Shown here: piece by piece, positions 29,286-39,342 of the stretch
How positions within the stretch are numbered: the first letter of the stretch is position 1
How the letters are laid out: the number at the start of each line of letters is the position of its first letter
From: a virus
IMG/VR virus record: IMGVR_UViG_3300027899_000008
Reading direction: 5' to 3' (one strand)
DNA: 64,000 nt
Program-made: the position numbers and the translations under genes
Notes under the pieces: generated by a model
Databases searched by the model: none
The model's input: the letters and a program-made list of their open reading frames with translations, nothing else
What the model was told of the DNA's origin: nothing

Positions 29286-30023
29286 TTACTTATACTCTTC
29301 TGAGCTAGGGTCAGGATTCCAATCACTATACTTGGAACCAAAATCCTTACGATCCTTCTCATCTCCAGTAAACCGATTCTTTCGCTTTACTTCCTTAATC
29401 ATTCTTAAAATATCTTTTGGATCAAGAAGTCCAGCAGTTATTAGATTCATAATTGCTTCGGATGGAAGCATCATACTTACATATATGCCATGACGATCCA
29501 TTTCTCTTGGATTCATTTCAGGAGATGGCATTTCATTATTATGTGATTTTCTTCTTCGTGGTCTTGGACGAGCAGACTCATAAGGATCAGATTCCTTTTC
29601 AGTCTCATCTGAAATACCACCATGTAATAATGAATTAAGAAAATCTTGAAATATATTCTCAGAACCAGTCGGGGCTTCTGAATTCGAAGCAGGTTCTTCA
29701 AAGGATGAATCGTCCCCATCCATCGAAACAACCTTTTCCTCTAATGTCTTTTCTGTTTCTATTTGAAGATGATATAATTTTTCTGTGTCTTTCTTTGGAT
29801 CACATTGAGTTACAATATGATTTTTAGGAATTTCCATGGTTTTATTTTCAGTGTGAATCAACCAATCACGCAATACCGTCATGTCATATGTGCCATTATG
29901 GTCTGCCATAGTGGAAGTGCGAAACACAAAAGGATTAGACACTATGAATTTAGTTTTAAATTCATCGATAATTTGACCTATAACTTCTTCACCGCTTCGA
30001 AGTTTGAATATTTTTAAATTCAT
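29286..30023 (-). CDS. Conserved T4-like hypothetical protein with Sm-like N-terminus
   Basis: K..KL.SGEE.I N-terminus; conserved position between uvsW and gp55; acidic/disordered tail. Confidence 0.7.
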   Translation of the reverse strand: MNLKIFKLRSGEEVIGQIIDEFKTKFIVSNPFVFRTSTMADHNGTYDMTVLRDWLIHTENKTMEIPKNHIVTQCDPKKDTEKLYHLQIETEKTLEEKVVSMDGDDSSFEEPASNSEAPTGSENIFQDFLNSLLHGGISDETEKESDPYESARPRPRRRKSHNNEMPSPEMNPREMDRHGIYVSMMLPSEAIMNLITAGLLDPKDILRMIKEVKRKNRFTGDEKDRKDFGSKYSDWNPDPSSEEYK

Positions 30024-31477
30024 TTAGTTTCTCCTAAATTTATTCGAATCTTGTCAAATTGGAAACTCTCATTAGTATATATGGTAGTTCGTTCATCTAG
30101 ATGTCTGAGAGCATGATTGCGATAACTCTTCCAACTCAGGTCATCGCCAATGTCATATATCGTCACTTTGCTCTTGGTATCTGATTTTCTCAAACCCCTT
30201 CCGATGGATTGTAATACTCGAATTACTGATTTAGATGGAGAAGCGAAAATAATGGCATTGATATTCTTAATATTGATACCAGTGCTACATGTGCCAAATG
30301 ATGCGACAAGAACGCTGTTATTGCTCTTATCAATGATTTTTCTTATTTGTTCTCTCTCTTCGATTTCTGTTTTACCACAGATAAGATACGACTGCTTTTT
30401 ATTAGTTTTTGAAATCTTCTGATATAAAGGTATTCCATGCTTTTCCACAAAGTTAAACAGAACAAGCACATTACCAGGAATACTAGTTGCGAGGTCTGTA
30501 ATAAATTTATTTCGTGTATCGTTGAGAACCAACCATTCAATTTCGTCAATGTATTTTGCACGCTTGATCTCCTGTACAGCTGTATTGGAATATCTAAGAA
30601 TCAAACACTCTATATTTAATTGAGCTAGAACCTCTTTATCTATAAGTTCTTTGGTGGATGTCACTTGATGAACTGCTCCAAATAATCCCTCAAGCACCAA
30701 TTTATGGACTTGTGTGCCATCAAGAGTTCCTGTAGTGCCAATTTTATACTCACAAGTTTTTAGTTTATGCATAATTTTAGTCAGTGATTTTGCTTTGAAC
30801 AGATGAGATTCATCACCAATGATGGCATCATATTCTGAGAAAAACTCTTCTGGTTGGTCATGTAGACTTTGCCATGTTGAAATTACCACTCTTGCGGTTG
30901 TTTGTTTTTCCTGTCCACCATATATCAAATGAATGCCCTTTGAAATTTCAGATGTATTAGCATAATCCTCAAAATCAGATTTTAATTGAGTCACAAGTCC
31001 TGTAGTTGGCACAACGATTAAAATCTTCTTCTTGGTTCGCTTCAGCAATTCTAAAATTATAAAATAAATGATAAGACTTTTACCAGAACCCGTTGGAGAT
31101 ATCAACATACATCTTTTGTTACTCAAAGCATGATGGACTGATTCTTTTTGATAATCATGAGGTTCAATTTGCTTTCCACCAGAGAATACTTTAGGAAATG
31201 TAATTTCACTGGTGTCTTCCAACAACGATGATTCATATTCCACCTTATATGCTCTATCCTTGGCAAACTGAAGAACATATGGAAGAAGTCCTTTGTATAT
31301 TCTCTGAGTTAGAAGATTATATAATCGAATCTTACCATCCCATTTCTTCTTGCGAAATGCTGGATTATATTCAGAATTAGGAACTTTGAAGGTGAAAAAC
31401 ATGCTCAATTCTTTTGAGATGGATTGTTCACAATCTATTTCGATGTGAACAGAATCTATGTTTTTGATTTTTATCAT
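30020..31477 (-). CDS. uvsW: RNA-DNA/DNA helicase UvsW
   Basis: WDGKIRL, SPTGSGKS, STWQS, DESH.FKA, QSIGRGLR. Confidence 0.96.
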   Translation of the reverse strand: MIKIKNIDSVHIEIDCEQSISKELSMFFTFKVPNSEYNPAFRKKKWDGKIRLYNLLTQRIYKGLLPYVLQFAKDRAYKVEYESSLLEDTSEITFPKVFSGGKQIEPHDYQKESVHHALSNKRCMLISPTGSGKSLIIYFIILELLKRTKKKILIVVPTTGLVTQLKSDFEDYANTSEISKGIHLIYGGQEKQTTARVVISTWQSLHDQPEEFFSEYDAIIGDESHLFKAKSLTKIMHKLKTCEYKIGTTGTLDGTQVHKLVLEGLFGAVHQVTSTKELIDKEVLAQLNIECLILRYSNTAVQEIKRAKYIDEIEWLVLNDTRNKFITDLATSIPGNVLVLFNFVEKHGIPLYQKISKTNKKQSYLICGKTEIEEREQIRKIIDKSNNSVLVASFGTCSTGINIKNINAIIFASPSKSVIRVLQSIGRGLRKSDTKSKVTIYDIGDDLSWKSYRNHALRHLDERTTIYTNESFQFDKIRINLGETK

Positions 31478-31908
31478 GATCCTTGAGTGAATCTAATCCA
31501 GTCAATAGTTGACCGAATATTCCAAATTTTATTCGCAATGATTTTCACTACACTCTCAAGATATGATACTTTTTCTTTTTGTACGAATATCTTATTTCCT
31601 AGAGTGATAACATCGATGTCGCTTTCGATAAATCGATCCAAATCTTGTTTTAATATGGATAAATCAAAAGGTTCCCATGCTCTTTTAGTTAGTTCTTCTT
31701 TGGACATTTTACCAGCATAATACAACCACTTATCTCGTTTGAGAATCTTTAATTTGGAATCCAAGGTTTCATAAATTATCTTCTCATCCATGAGAATACA
31801 GAGATATTTGTTATGTAATTGAGGAATACGACTAGATTCATCGTCTAGATGATTGGTGTCAATGATAACATCCAATTCCGCTTGTATTTTAATGTCAGTT
31901 AGAGTCAT
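31474..31908 (-). CDS. uvsY: Recombination mediator UvsY
   Basis: D...LD.ES..IP.LH.KY, K..YY.GK, PFD...LK.D, W.RF..G. Confidence 0.9.
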   Translation of the reverse strand: MTLTDIKIQAELDVIIDTNHLDDESSRIPQLHNKYLCILMDEKIIYETLDSKLKILKRDKWLYYAGKMSKEELTKRAWEPFDLSILKQDLDRFIESDIDVITLGNKIFVQKEKVSYLESVVKIIANKIWNIRSTIDWIRFTQGS

Positions 31909-31914
31909 AATATA

Positions 31915-31942
31915 ATAATACCTTAAATTAAGGATTTGTCAA
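31915..31942 (-). promoter_or_regulatory. sigma70-like promoter for uvsY (TTGACA-N16-TATTAT)
   Basis: -35 31937-31942, -10 31915-31920, ATG 6 nt downstream. Confidence 0.6.
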
Positions 31943-32512
31943 TACATTGATTTCATAATGGGTATAAGAGAATGTACATGTCGCGACTACTGCGTCAGTA
32001 TCAGTCAATGCGCTATCAAAATCTATTCCAGATAGGAATGTAGGAAACATATTCTGATATGTTACAGAGATAATTGGTTTATACTTGCTGTCTGTTATCA
32101 ACATCAATCCAGTCGCTACTTTTTGATGTTCTTCAATATGTTCACCTGTTGTATCATAAGAAATTCCAATTTGCCTTATCCATTCATATATCTCTAACCA
32201 ATTTGCTAGATTTTCATCAACTATGAATCCAACTTGAAGGTCTTCGTAGTTATATGCTGTTCCTGGTCTTTTAATGACCACACCGCCAGGTTGAGATTGA
32301 ATGGAAACACCAAAACTAAGTGAAGGAATATTTGCTCGTTGGCAAAAATAAGTGACCGTTGGGCAACGAGTTATTCTAAATTGAAACTTATTGTTAGTAA
32401 GAAAATTAGTATTGGTTGGTTGATTTGGACTTGTAGTATACAAATCGCCTGGAGTCCAAAATCCAAGTTTCTTAATAATATCATCGTATGTCTGAAATTC
32501 TGATTCTGCCAT
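31928..32512 (-). CDS. 3: Tail completion/tube terminator gp3
   Basis: NFL....F.F.I...P.V.YFCQ.AN.P, F.VDE.L.N..EI..W, F...FP..LS...F; position after gp23. Confidence 0.85.
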   Translation of the reverse strand: MAESEFQTYDDIIKKLGFWTPGDLYTTSPNQPTNTNFLTNNKFQFRITRCPTVTYFCQRANIPSLSFGVSIQSQPGGVVIKRPGTAYNYEDLQVGFIVDENLANWLEIYEWIRQIGISYDTTGEHIEEHQKVATGLMLITDSKYKPIISVTYQNMFPTFLSGIDFDSALTDTDAVVATCTFSYTHYEINVLTNP

Positions 32513-32517
32513 ACTAG

Positions 32518-32525
32518 TATTTATA
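32518..32525 (-). promoter_or_regulatory. Late promoter TATAAATA for gp3 (leaderless)
   Basis: Exact consensus 5 nt before ATG 32512. Confidence 0.75.
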
Positions 32526-32559
32526 AAAGAAAACCCCACAGAGTTTAGTCTGTGGGGTT
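32525..32559 (-). terminator. Rho-independent terminator after major capsid gene
   Basis: 11-bp stem AACCCCACAGA/TCTGTGGGGTT, 6-nt loop, followed by TTCTTTT. Confidence 0.88.
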
Positions 32560-32583
32560 CTAGGTAGTCTATTTCAGACTAGT

Positions 32584-34002
32584 TCAGTTACCAGTGTTAC
32601 CATGGAGATTCTTTACTGCAAAGAGTCTGTAGTAGGTATTGCTGTTGCTTGTAAGACCATCAGTATCGGTGGTGATAGCATCACGACCCTTACCGAATGG
32701 ATTACCAACTAGACCATAACGAGTCTTGAAACCAATCTTCGGTTGGAAGGTGTCTTGACCAACAGCGCGAACCATTTGTAGTGGAACATATGGGCAGTAG
32801 AACATACCAGCGTCATATGGGGATGTACCCTTATATCCAACGGTAACGAAGTTGGTGTTATTCTTGATGAATGGATCGATGTAGACCTTGAACTTACCAT
32901 TAAGAACACCTGCAAAGACATTACCAGTATCATCAACATTCATTTGAACATTGAGTGCTGGTGATATATTGAGGAATCCACCCATTGCCAATGCTGATGC
33001 AACATCAGAAGAGCAAAGAATGAAATTACCACGACCTCTACGAGTTTCCTTGGCAATTTGATTTGCTTCGCGTTCAATCTGGAACATCAGACCACGGAAG
33101 CGTTCTGCTGACCAACGACCATCAGAGTCTGCAACAAGGTCATATACACCCTTGTTTGCAAGGTCGGTTTGTTGAGCACCAGTCTTAGCGATGGTGTACA
33201 TTGCGCGAAGAATCTCGCGGTTGATTTCATTCATGATTTCAACTGAGAGAATATTAGCAAGTTCAGACTCAGCGTCAAGACCATGTACTGCTTTGAGATC
33301 CTGAGCAAGTTCAGTGGTATATTCTGCTTTGAGAGCACGCGAACGAGCTTGTACTGCGATACGCTCAATGCTGAATCCCATTTCACGGAAGAAAGCTGAT
33401 CCAGCAGCATCTCCGAGTTTTTCGGCAGTGCCGGTAAGCATTGCGCGGAAATCAGTGAAGAGATCGGTACGAGTTGCTGATTCATCAATTGGAGCAACAC
33501 CAAGAGTGTGTCCAGAAAGAATACCAGTTTCGCCGATACCAACTGCACTATTTATTGCTGCACCTGATGCACCAGAGAACTTTGGATATGCTTCATCGAA
33601 TAGTGCTTCTGGACCATCGATGCCATTATACTTAGCACGCATTGCAAAGATAAGACCTGTTGGTGCGCTCATGGGTTGAACACCAGCAATATCATATGCA
33701 ACGATGTTCGGCATTGCGCGGCGAACAAGACTAATCAGAATTGGGTCATAGCCAGCGAAGTTACCTGCTGGTGTTCCAGCTTGTCCTGCTGCAAATGCAC
33801 CACCCATATTCATGGTTGGTGCAGATTCGAAGAGATTTTGTGCTCCTCGTTCTTCTGCCATTGCTCGTACTTGATTCTCAAGAAGAACAGCAGTGACGCG
33901 CTTCTTGTGTAAATCGGTCAATTCGGGCATGTCAGCGTGATCAAGCACTGGGCTCCACTTTTCAACTAACATGTCATATGGGGTAGTTCCGTTAAAATCC
34001 AT
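32584..34002 (-). CDS. 23: Major capsid protein gp23
   Basis: EKW.P.L, LLENQ, DP.LISLVRRAMP, QPM..PTGLIFAMR, SR.LKAEY..ELAQDLKA.HG, FQPKIGFKTRYG. Confidence 0.98.
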   Translation of the reverse strand: MDFNGTTPYDMLVEKWSPVLDHADMPELTDLHKKRVTAVLLENQVRAMAEERGAQNLFESAPTMNMGGAFAAGQAGTPAGNFAGYDPILISLVRRAMPNIVAYDIAGVQPMSAPTGLIFAMRAKYNGIDGPEALFDEAYPKFSGASGAAINSAVGIGETGILSGHTLGVAPIDESATRTDLFTDFRAMLTGTAEKLGDAAGSAFFREMGFSIERIAVQARSRALKAEYTTELAQDLKAVHGLDAESELANILSVEIMNEINREILRAMYTIAKTGAQQTDLANKGVYDLVADSDGRWSAERFRGLMFQIEREANQIAKETRRGRGNFILCSSDVASALAMGGFLNISPALNVQMNVDDTGNVFAGVLNGKFKVYIDPFIKNNTNFVTVGYKGTSPYDAGMFYCPYVPLQMVRAVGQDTFQPKIGFKTRYGLVGNPFGKGRDAITTDTDGLTSNSNTYYRLFAVKNLHGNTGN

Positions 34003-34025
34003 TTTTCTCTCCTTGAGGTCTTTTG

Positions 34026-34033
34026 TATTTATT
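34026..34033 (-). promoter_or_regulatory. Putative late promoter (AATAAATA) for gp23
   Basis: Intergenic, upstream of SD AAGGAG. Confidence 0.6.
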
Positions 34034-34045
34034 ACTTTTGATATT

Positions 34046-35125
34046 TCAGATATACTGATCTGATACGATGTTGGTATTAAGCATGTTTAGAAGTCTTCCT
34101 GCGTTGGAATTTTCTTTAGCATTCACTTGTGGTTTTGGGATATTTTTGCCAAATCTAGTCATTGCATTAACCAATGCGCTCATTTCTGGATTTGCTGCAT
34201 CTCTCATAGAATTCGGATTGGTTGTTTCTTCAACAAGATTTTGCTGAGAAGCGATTCTATTTGAATTGATTCTATTTGAAGATGACCTGGTGAAATATGA
34301 TTCTCTGAGAAGTTTGACTTTTTCCGTATATTGATTAACATTTTGAAATTCAATTCCTTCCGCAAGAGTTGCAAGTTTTTCTACTTCGGTATCAGTCAAT
34401 CCACCTGATATCTCCATGAATGATTCTGCACATTGACGAGCAGTATTTTCATTCATGAGTTCCACATTCTTACGAATCTGGTCATTTAATTGATTCTGAA
34501 GATCTTCGTTTGCCTGTGCCATTTCATCTAATACATCATACTTTTCGTCTGGAACATCAATGAATGTTTCTTCTAATAGTTCTTTGATTCCAATCATAAA
34601 GTGTTCTGCGATTTCGGTGCGAAGACCTCTCTCGACAGCAACGGAATTATCTTCCATCCATTCAGTGATGACATAGTTGAGATAATTATCAAGTTTTTCA
34701 GTTAGAAATTCAGTTTGTTCTTCAACTTGTTCTTCGATGAGTTCTTTGCTAGCTTCGAGAATTGCTGCTTCGATAATAGTTACTTTTTCATGAATTGCTG
34801 CTTCGAATATCGTAGCTGCTTTCATCATGAATTCTTCAGTGAGGTTTTCACCATTGAATAGACTCTCTAAGTAGTCTACTGAAGTTTTTGCTTGTAATGC
34901 TTCATTATCATCTTCATCAGTTTCAATTGATTCTGATGCGTCTGCATTTTTGACGACTTTTCCAGGACCACCAGGAAGTTGAACATATGCTGCTCCACCT
35001 GGTCGTAATGTTTGTTGATTTGCCATTGCATTTTGTGGAGTAGCGACTGATTGGTTAATAACCGCACCTCGTCCACTGCCATCATCATATAATTTTGGGT
35101 CTGAATATAATTGTTCGTTTGCCAT
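34046..35125 (-). CDS. 22: Prohead core scaffold gp22
   Basis: L.EEF..KA.TIFEAA, YL.YV..EW...N..A.E.G.R.EI.E.F..G.K.L, EK...LAEG; SD GGAG before 35125. Confidence 0.92.
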   Translation of the reverse strand: MANEQLYSDPKLYDDGSGRGAVINQSVATPQNAMANQQTLRPGGAAYVQLPGGPGKVVKNADASESIETDEDDNEALQAKTSVDYLESLFNGENLTEEFMMKAATIFEAAIHEKVTIIEAAILEASKELIEEQVEEQTEFLTEKLDNYLNYVITEWMEDNSVAVERGLRTEIAEHFMIGIKELLEETFIDVPDEKYDVLDEMAQANEDLQNQLNDQIRKNVELMNENTARQCAESFMEISGGLTDTEVEKLATLAEGIEFQNVNQYTEKVKLLRESYFTRSSSNRINSNRIASQQNLVEETTNPNSMRDAANPEMSALVNAMTRFGKNIPKPQVNAKENSNAGRLLNMLNTNIVSDQYI

Positions 35126-35181
35126 AAGGTTCTCCAATTTTTGTCTATTTCTATTTAGAATAAAATAATATTACATATTAT

Positions 35182-35961
35182 CTATACAATTGTTCGTAAA
35201 TCATCCACTGACTTTTGGAATGTTCTTTTAAGTATTCGTTTAAATCTTTCCTTTGGTGCAATTCCTCTTGCCAATGGATCCGGCATACTTGCTCGGGTGA
35301 GAGCAAGATCTCGTTTTTGTTGTTGACGATCTGCTTCTAATGGAACCGCTTTGTTCTTAAGAAATTGAGGACTATTTGCAATTTGTGTTGTCAGTCTCTC
35401 TCGTGGAGCCTGTTGTGGCGCAAATATCCGTGTATTCATGTCTTTTCTAAATCTTGCTGCTGTTGGATTTGTAAGATCTTGTAGTTCAAAATCAGTTGCC
35501 ATATTAGCATGATGTATAGCACTATACCTAGACCTAGGCGTAGGAACACCATGCTGTGTAGGTCGTCCCGCTATAACATTATCCAAATCGTGAATGTGAA
35601 TATCTTTACCAGATGTCGATTTACTTAAAGCTTCTTGCGCTTTTGCTTTAGTATTCTGTTTTATAGATGCATCTGCATATGCTCTACTACTCATTCCATA
35701 TGCTGTTGCTATTTTTTCGTGCGCATCTGTTTGCATTTTATCGCTATACTTCATTAACGCTTCTCGTCCATTATTTGCTAATTTTTCACCAATTCCAGTT
35801 TTTAGTCTCTCTCCCACACGAAATCTTAATCCAGTTCCTTTGGCAGCACCAGCATCTAATTGTTTTTTTGCTCCATATAATCCACCAGCAATAGCACCAA
35901 TAGCAAGTGCTGTTCCTATGAATTCATTTAATACTAATTTTGTGTGTTGTCGAGTTGTCAT
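35182..35961 (-). CDS. Basic hypothetical protein, possible internal head protein
   Basis: 259 aa, ATGA-coupled to gp21; N-terminal LNE followed by a Gly/Ala hydrophobic segment. Confidence 0.6.
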   Translation of the reverse strand: MTTRQHTKLVLNEFIGTALAIGAIAGGLYGAKKQLDAGAAKGTGLRFRVGERLKTGIGEKLANNGREALMKYSDKMQTDAHEKIATAYGMSSRAYADASIKQNTKAKAQEALSKSTSGKDIHIHDLDNVIAGRPTQHGVPTPRSRYSAIHHANMATDFELQDLTNPTAARFRKDMNTRIFAPQQAPRERLTTQIANSPQFLKNKAVPLEADRQQQKRDLALTRASMPDPLARGIAPKERFKRILKRTFQKSVDDLRTIV

Positions 35962-36605
35962 TTAATTCTTCTCAAAAAATCAGAAAACAATCTAATTGCG
36001 TTTTCTTCTAAGTTTCTTTTTGATGTTTTCTTTAATGCGTGTTCGTATCTAGCAATTTCTTTTTCGACTAAAAGACCATTATCCCATATCCATTCCTTGC
36101 CCTCTAAAATGCCATTAACAAAGGCATTTGGAGCAGATGGATCGGCAACGATATCAATGGCAGCAAGAGTAAAGTCATTTTGAACAACATTTACTCCATT
36201 TTGGGACTTCAAAGACCCCATGCCACGAGAAGAAACTCCAAGTTGAGCACCTTCATCAATCAAGTTCTTTACAATTCTACCCATTGGGGTGTCTATAATT
36301 TTGGCTTTTCCATGAATTTGTCTTCCACTTTCGGTGAGATTGACAATCATATGAGAAACCCGATCCAAATTGACCGTTGGTCCAGTTGGATGATTTAACT
36401 CCCCAAGTGCTCTATTTTTATTTACATATTCTGCGATATACCGCTTTGTTTCGGTCTTTAGAACATCTTCATTATATAATCTTTTATTACGATTAACCAC
36501 GCCAGCTTCCATCATAACACCCTTTATGAAGTAGTTTTTAGCACCAGCTTCATTGGATTCCACAATTGTTTGTACGTCTTCTACGGTTTCTGTTATGAGT
36601 CTCAT
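35958..36605 (-). CDS. 21: Prohead protease gp21
   Basis: MRLITE, N.NKR.Y, RALGEL.HP..P.VNL.RVSH, GVSSRG.GSL, DIVADPSAP.AFV. Confidence 0.97.
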   Translation of the reverse strand: MRLITETVEDVQTIVESNEAGAKNYFIKGVMMEAGVVNRNKRLYNEDVLKTETKRYIAEYVNKNRALGELNHPTGPTVNLDRVSHMIVNLTESGRQIHGKAKIIDTPMGRIVKNLIDEGAQLGVSSRGMGSLKSQNGVNVVQNDFTLAAIDIVADPSAPNAFVNGILEGKEWIWDNGLLVEKEIARYEHALKKTSKRNLEENAIRLFSDFLRRIK

Positions 36606-36620
36606 CTGAAGTCCTATCTG

Positions 36621-37019
36621 TTATGTGGTTTCTTCTGAAATATATTTGAGATATTGTTCGCCAAGAGTTTTGATTTCTTCATCACTAAGTTCTTCGCCTG
36701 TTTCTTCTTCAATCTCTTCTACAATTTCTTGAATTTCGTCAACAAATAATTCATACTCTTCATCTAGTTTACTATCTTTTTTATCTTTTTTGGCAAAGTC
36801 AGTGACTGCTCTCTTTTTCTTGAGAATCTTATTTTCTTCTTTTTCTTTGCTTTCTGGTGCTGGATCTCTCTTTTCAGAAATCATGCTCGGAGCAACTTCT
36901 TCAATCTTGGATTCAAGCATAACACCGATTCGTTGAATGAGAGTTTGCTTGATTAATTTTTTTGTATCTACAAGATTATCTTCCATAAGATTTTTAATTA
37001 TATTTTTTGCGTTTGACAT
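36621..37019 (-). CDS. Prohead core protein (gp67/gp68-like)
   Basis: Position between gp20 and gp21; highly charged; late promoter TATAAATA (37036-37043) and SD AGGAG. Confidence 0.6.
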   Translation of the reverse strand: MSNAKNIIKNLMEDNLVDTKKLIKQTLIQRIGVMLESKIEEVAPSMISEKRDPAPESKEKEENKILKKKRAVTDFAKKDKKDSKLDEEYELFVDEIQEIVEEIEEETGEELSDEEIKTLGEQYLKYISEETT

Positions 37020-37035
37020 TTTAATCTCCTAGTCG

Positions 37036-37043
37036 TATTTATA
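37036..37043 (-). promoter_or_regulatory. Late promoter TATAAATA
   Basis: Exact consensus right after the gp20 stop. Confidence 0.75.
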
Positions 37044-38606
37044 TTATTTTTGTTCTGGTTCAAGGCCCATTTGCTGCATTCTAATTTGTTGCTGCATTTG
37101 CTTCTGTCTTTCCTCGTCCATTTCCTTATCCATTTGTGCTATTTCTTCATCCGTTTGCTTTAAAATATGCTTTCGAATGTACTTATTAGAAAATAATGTA
37201 CCGCTATAAGCTGCTAATGTAGTTAACATTTCAACTTTTTCTCTTAGTATTTCATTTTCCTTGAGTTCAGTAAAATATGAATCCTTGGAGTAATCAAATC
37301 GAACATCATGATATATGACACTCCAATCATCAGCGGTCATTATTCCCTTTAAGATACATTGTTTCTTCAGTATATCCATGAATAAGTATGAAAATTTACT
37401 TCGGAGTCTTTCTATGAACTTATAGAACTTGACTTCATCTCTTGTAATTTCACTACTTCTTCCTAGATTAAACCCTGTTTGAACTTCTGCACGGGTGAGT
37501 GGAACATTCAATGCTCTGTATAATTTACGAAGTAAATACTCGACATCTTCCATCTCTCCCAGATTTTGTCCACCTGGAAGAGTAGTGATTTCGGTTCCTC
37601 TTCCACCTTCTCGGCGGGGAATCCAGAAATCTTCAAGCATGGACATATGGTTTCTGCTATCTTTAATCTCACCAGTTGCAGAATCATATACCAATTTGTT
37701 TCGATATCGATTCATCAAATCCTTGATGTATTGCTCTGCTTTTTGCTTTGGTAGATTTCCAACATCGACATAGAATATTCTTCGCTCTGGCGCTCTTGAA
37801 ATTCTATAAATGACCACAGCATCCTCAATTTGACGAAGCATATTTAATGGACGAATTCCCTTGTGGAGATATCCAACAACTCTTTTTGTGGTCTGATCCA
37901 TATATCCAGAATTACAATAGGCAATGGAATCAGTGCTGATTTTAATACCAGCAGCGGTTGTGGAAGTGATAGAACTAGTGCTTAAGTCGCAATAGACATA
38001 ATGCTCATCAACTTTCTTGATGAGAGGAACCTGCATAGATCCCACTTTCTTCATTTCCTTTTCAATTTTTCTAACCTTGGTAATCTTAGTTGGATCGATT
38101 GAACGGAGTTCCAATATACCTTTTTCTGGTTGTTCAGTGTCTATGATTAATTGATAATATACTTTACTTTCAATATACCATCTTCGGAATATCTCATATC
38201 CCTTATTCTTGAAATCCAACATCTTCATAATATCTTCAAATTCATTATAAACTTTACTTTTGATATTATCAGATAAGTCTACATTATCTAAATTCAACTT
38301 GACCGCTACACCATCAGAATCAAACACAATCGATTCAGTGACAATATCTTCAATCGCCATATCCACTTCAGGATAGAGAGACATAGAACGATATTGATGA
38401 ATCAATGAGTTCTCATTGAGGAACGATCCACCAAAGTCATAGACGGAACTCATGAATCCGCCTGTCTCTAGTACATTGGTTCCGTCAAAATTATCTGGTG
38501 CTGCAAATGACAAAGTAGAGGGAGAGCCTCCTGAAAGGCCCTCCCCCGTACTTGTTATTTCATTTGACTTCTTATTAAATGAAAATCCAAACAATTCAAA
38601 TGCCAT
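37044..38606 (-). CDS. 20: Portal protein gp20
   Basis: LFGF, YR.M...PEVD.AI.DIV.E, EDA.VIYR.SRAPERRIFY.DVGNLP..KAEQY, EDFW.PRREGGRGTEI.TLPGG. Confidence 0.98.
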   Translation of the reverse strand: MAFELFGFSFNKKSNEITSTGEGLSGGSPSTLSFAAPDNFDGTNVLETGGFMSSVYDFGGSFLNENSLIHQYRSMSLYPEVDMAIEDIVTESIVFDSDGVAVKLNLDNVDLSDNIKSKVYNEFEDIMKMLDFKNKGYEIFRRWYIESKVYYQLIIDTEQPEKGILELRSIDPTKITKVRKIEKEMKKVGSMQVPLIKKVDEHYVYCDLSTSSITSTTAAGIKISTDSIAYCNSGYMDQTTKRVVGYLHKGIRPLNMLRQIEDAVVIYRISRAPERRIFYVDVGNLPKQKAEQYIKDLMNRYRNKLVYDSATGEIKDSRNHMSMLEDFWIPRREGGRGTEITTLPGGQNLGEMEDVEYLLRKLYRALNVPLTRAEVQTGFNLGRSSEITRDEVKFYKFIERLRSKFSYLFMDILKKQCILKGIMTADDWSVIYHDVRFDYSKDSYFTELKENEILREKVEMLTTLAAYSGTLFSNKYIRKHILKQTDEEIAQMDKEMDEERQKQMQQQIRMQQMGLEPEQK

Positions 38607-38632
38607 ATAAAAATCACTTTCTTAATTTAAAA

Positions 38633-39277
38633 TTATCGGGTATTAGCAGCTGCATCATATCCTGGAATTGCTGGAGAACCTTGAAGATCCTCAAGTGGAA
38701 CCCAGTAATCGAATCCTAGGGTAACTGGAAATACTGAGAAACTATCTGCAAGATCGTAATCCATCTGTAGAGTACCAATATTAATTGGGAAGCAGTTCTT
38801 GAGTTTAATTCCTCTTGTGAAACCAGCTGGATTGGTGACGGTGTCATTTTGCTTGACATCGTTGTACCAAACTTCCCAGTCAGCAGTTACATTGTAACTG
38901 ATGTTGTGGGTATTTCTGTTATCCATTGCTTCCATCCAGATTTCGAAATTTCTGCGAAGATCTGCGATAGAGTTATTTGACTCATAGATTTGGATAGACC
39001 AATCAACATATGTTCTTTCGCCTGAGAACTTGATTGCTCTGCCCATCCAAGGTACGGTGATAACACCGATGCTTGATTCTGGAATATCTGCTGCCTTGAT
39101 ATAGATTGAGGTTTCATTTGGATTTTCAGAACCGCCGACGATACCACCGCCGCCGCCGCTGTTTGCTCCGCCTGTTCCTAGAGTTGGCCACTTGACTTTG
39201 ACCAAGAATCTATTCTGACGAACACCTTTGAAATTATCTCTAAAGGTTTTTAGTGTATTTGGTTGAATTTCTGGCAT
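38633..39277 (-). CDS. 19: Tail tube protein gp19
   Basis: R.NRF.V, AA..P.S..G.I.VP..GR..K..G.R.Y.DW, FE.W, FP..IG, F.VT...DYW. Confidence 0.9.
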   Translation of the reverse strand: MPEIQPNTLKTFRDNFKGVRQNRFLVKVKWPTLGTGGANSGGGGGIVGGSENPNETSIYIKAADIPESSIGVITVPWMGRAIKFSGERTYVDWSIQIYESNNSIADLRRNFEIWMEAMDNRNTHNISYNVTADWEVWYNDVKQNDTVTNPAGFTRGIKLKNCFPINIGTLQMDYDLADSFSVFPVTLGFDYWVPLEDLQGSPAIPGYDAAANTR

Positions 39278-39342
39278 GTTTTACCTCTTATTATTTGTAA
39301 TTGCTACTGTCTAATTTATTTATTATTTACTTTAGTTTAAAC

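Noticed and set aside
29174-29362. 62-aa minus-strand ORF before gp55
   Set aside because: Overlaps the upstream gene end and the divergent promoter region; the region is better explained as regulatory.
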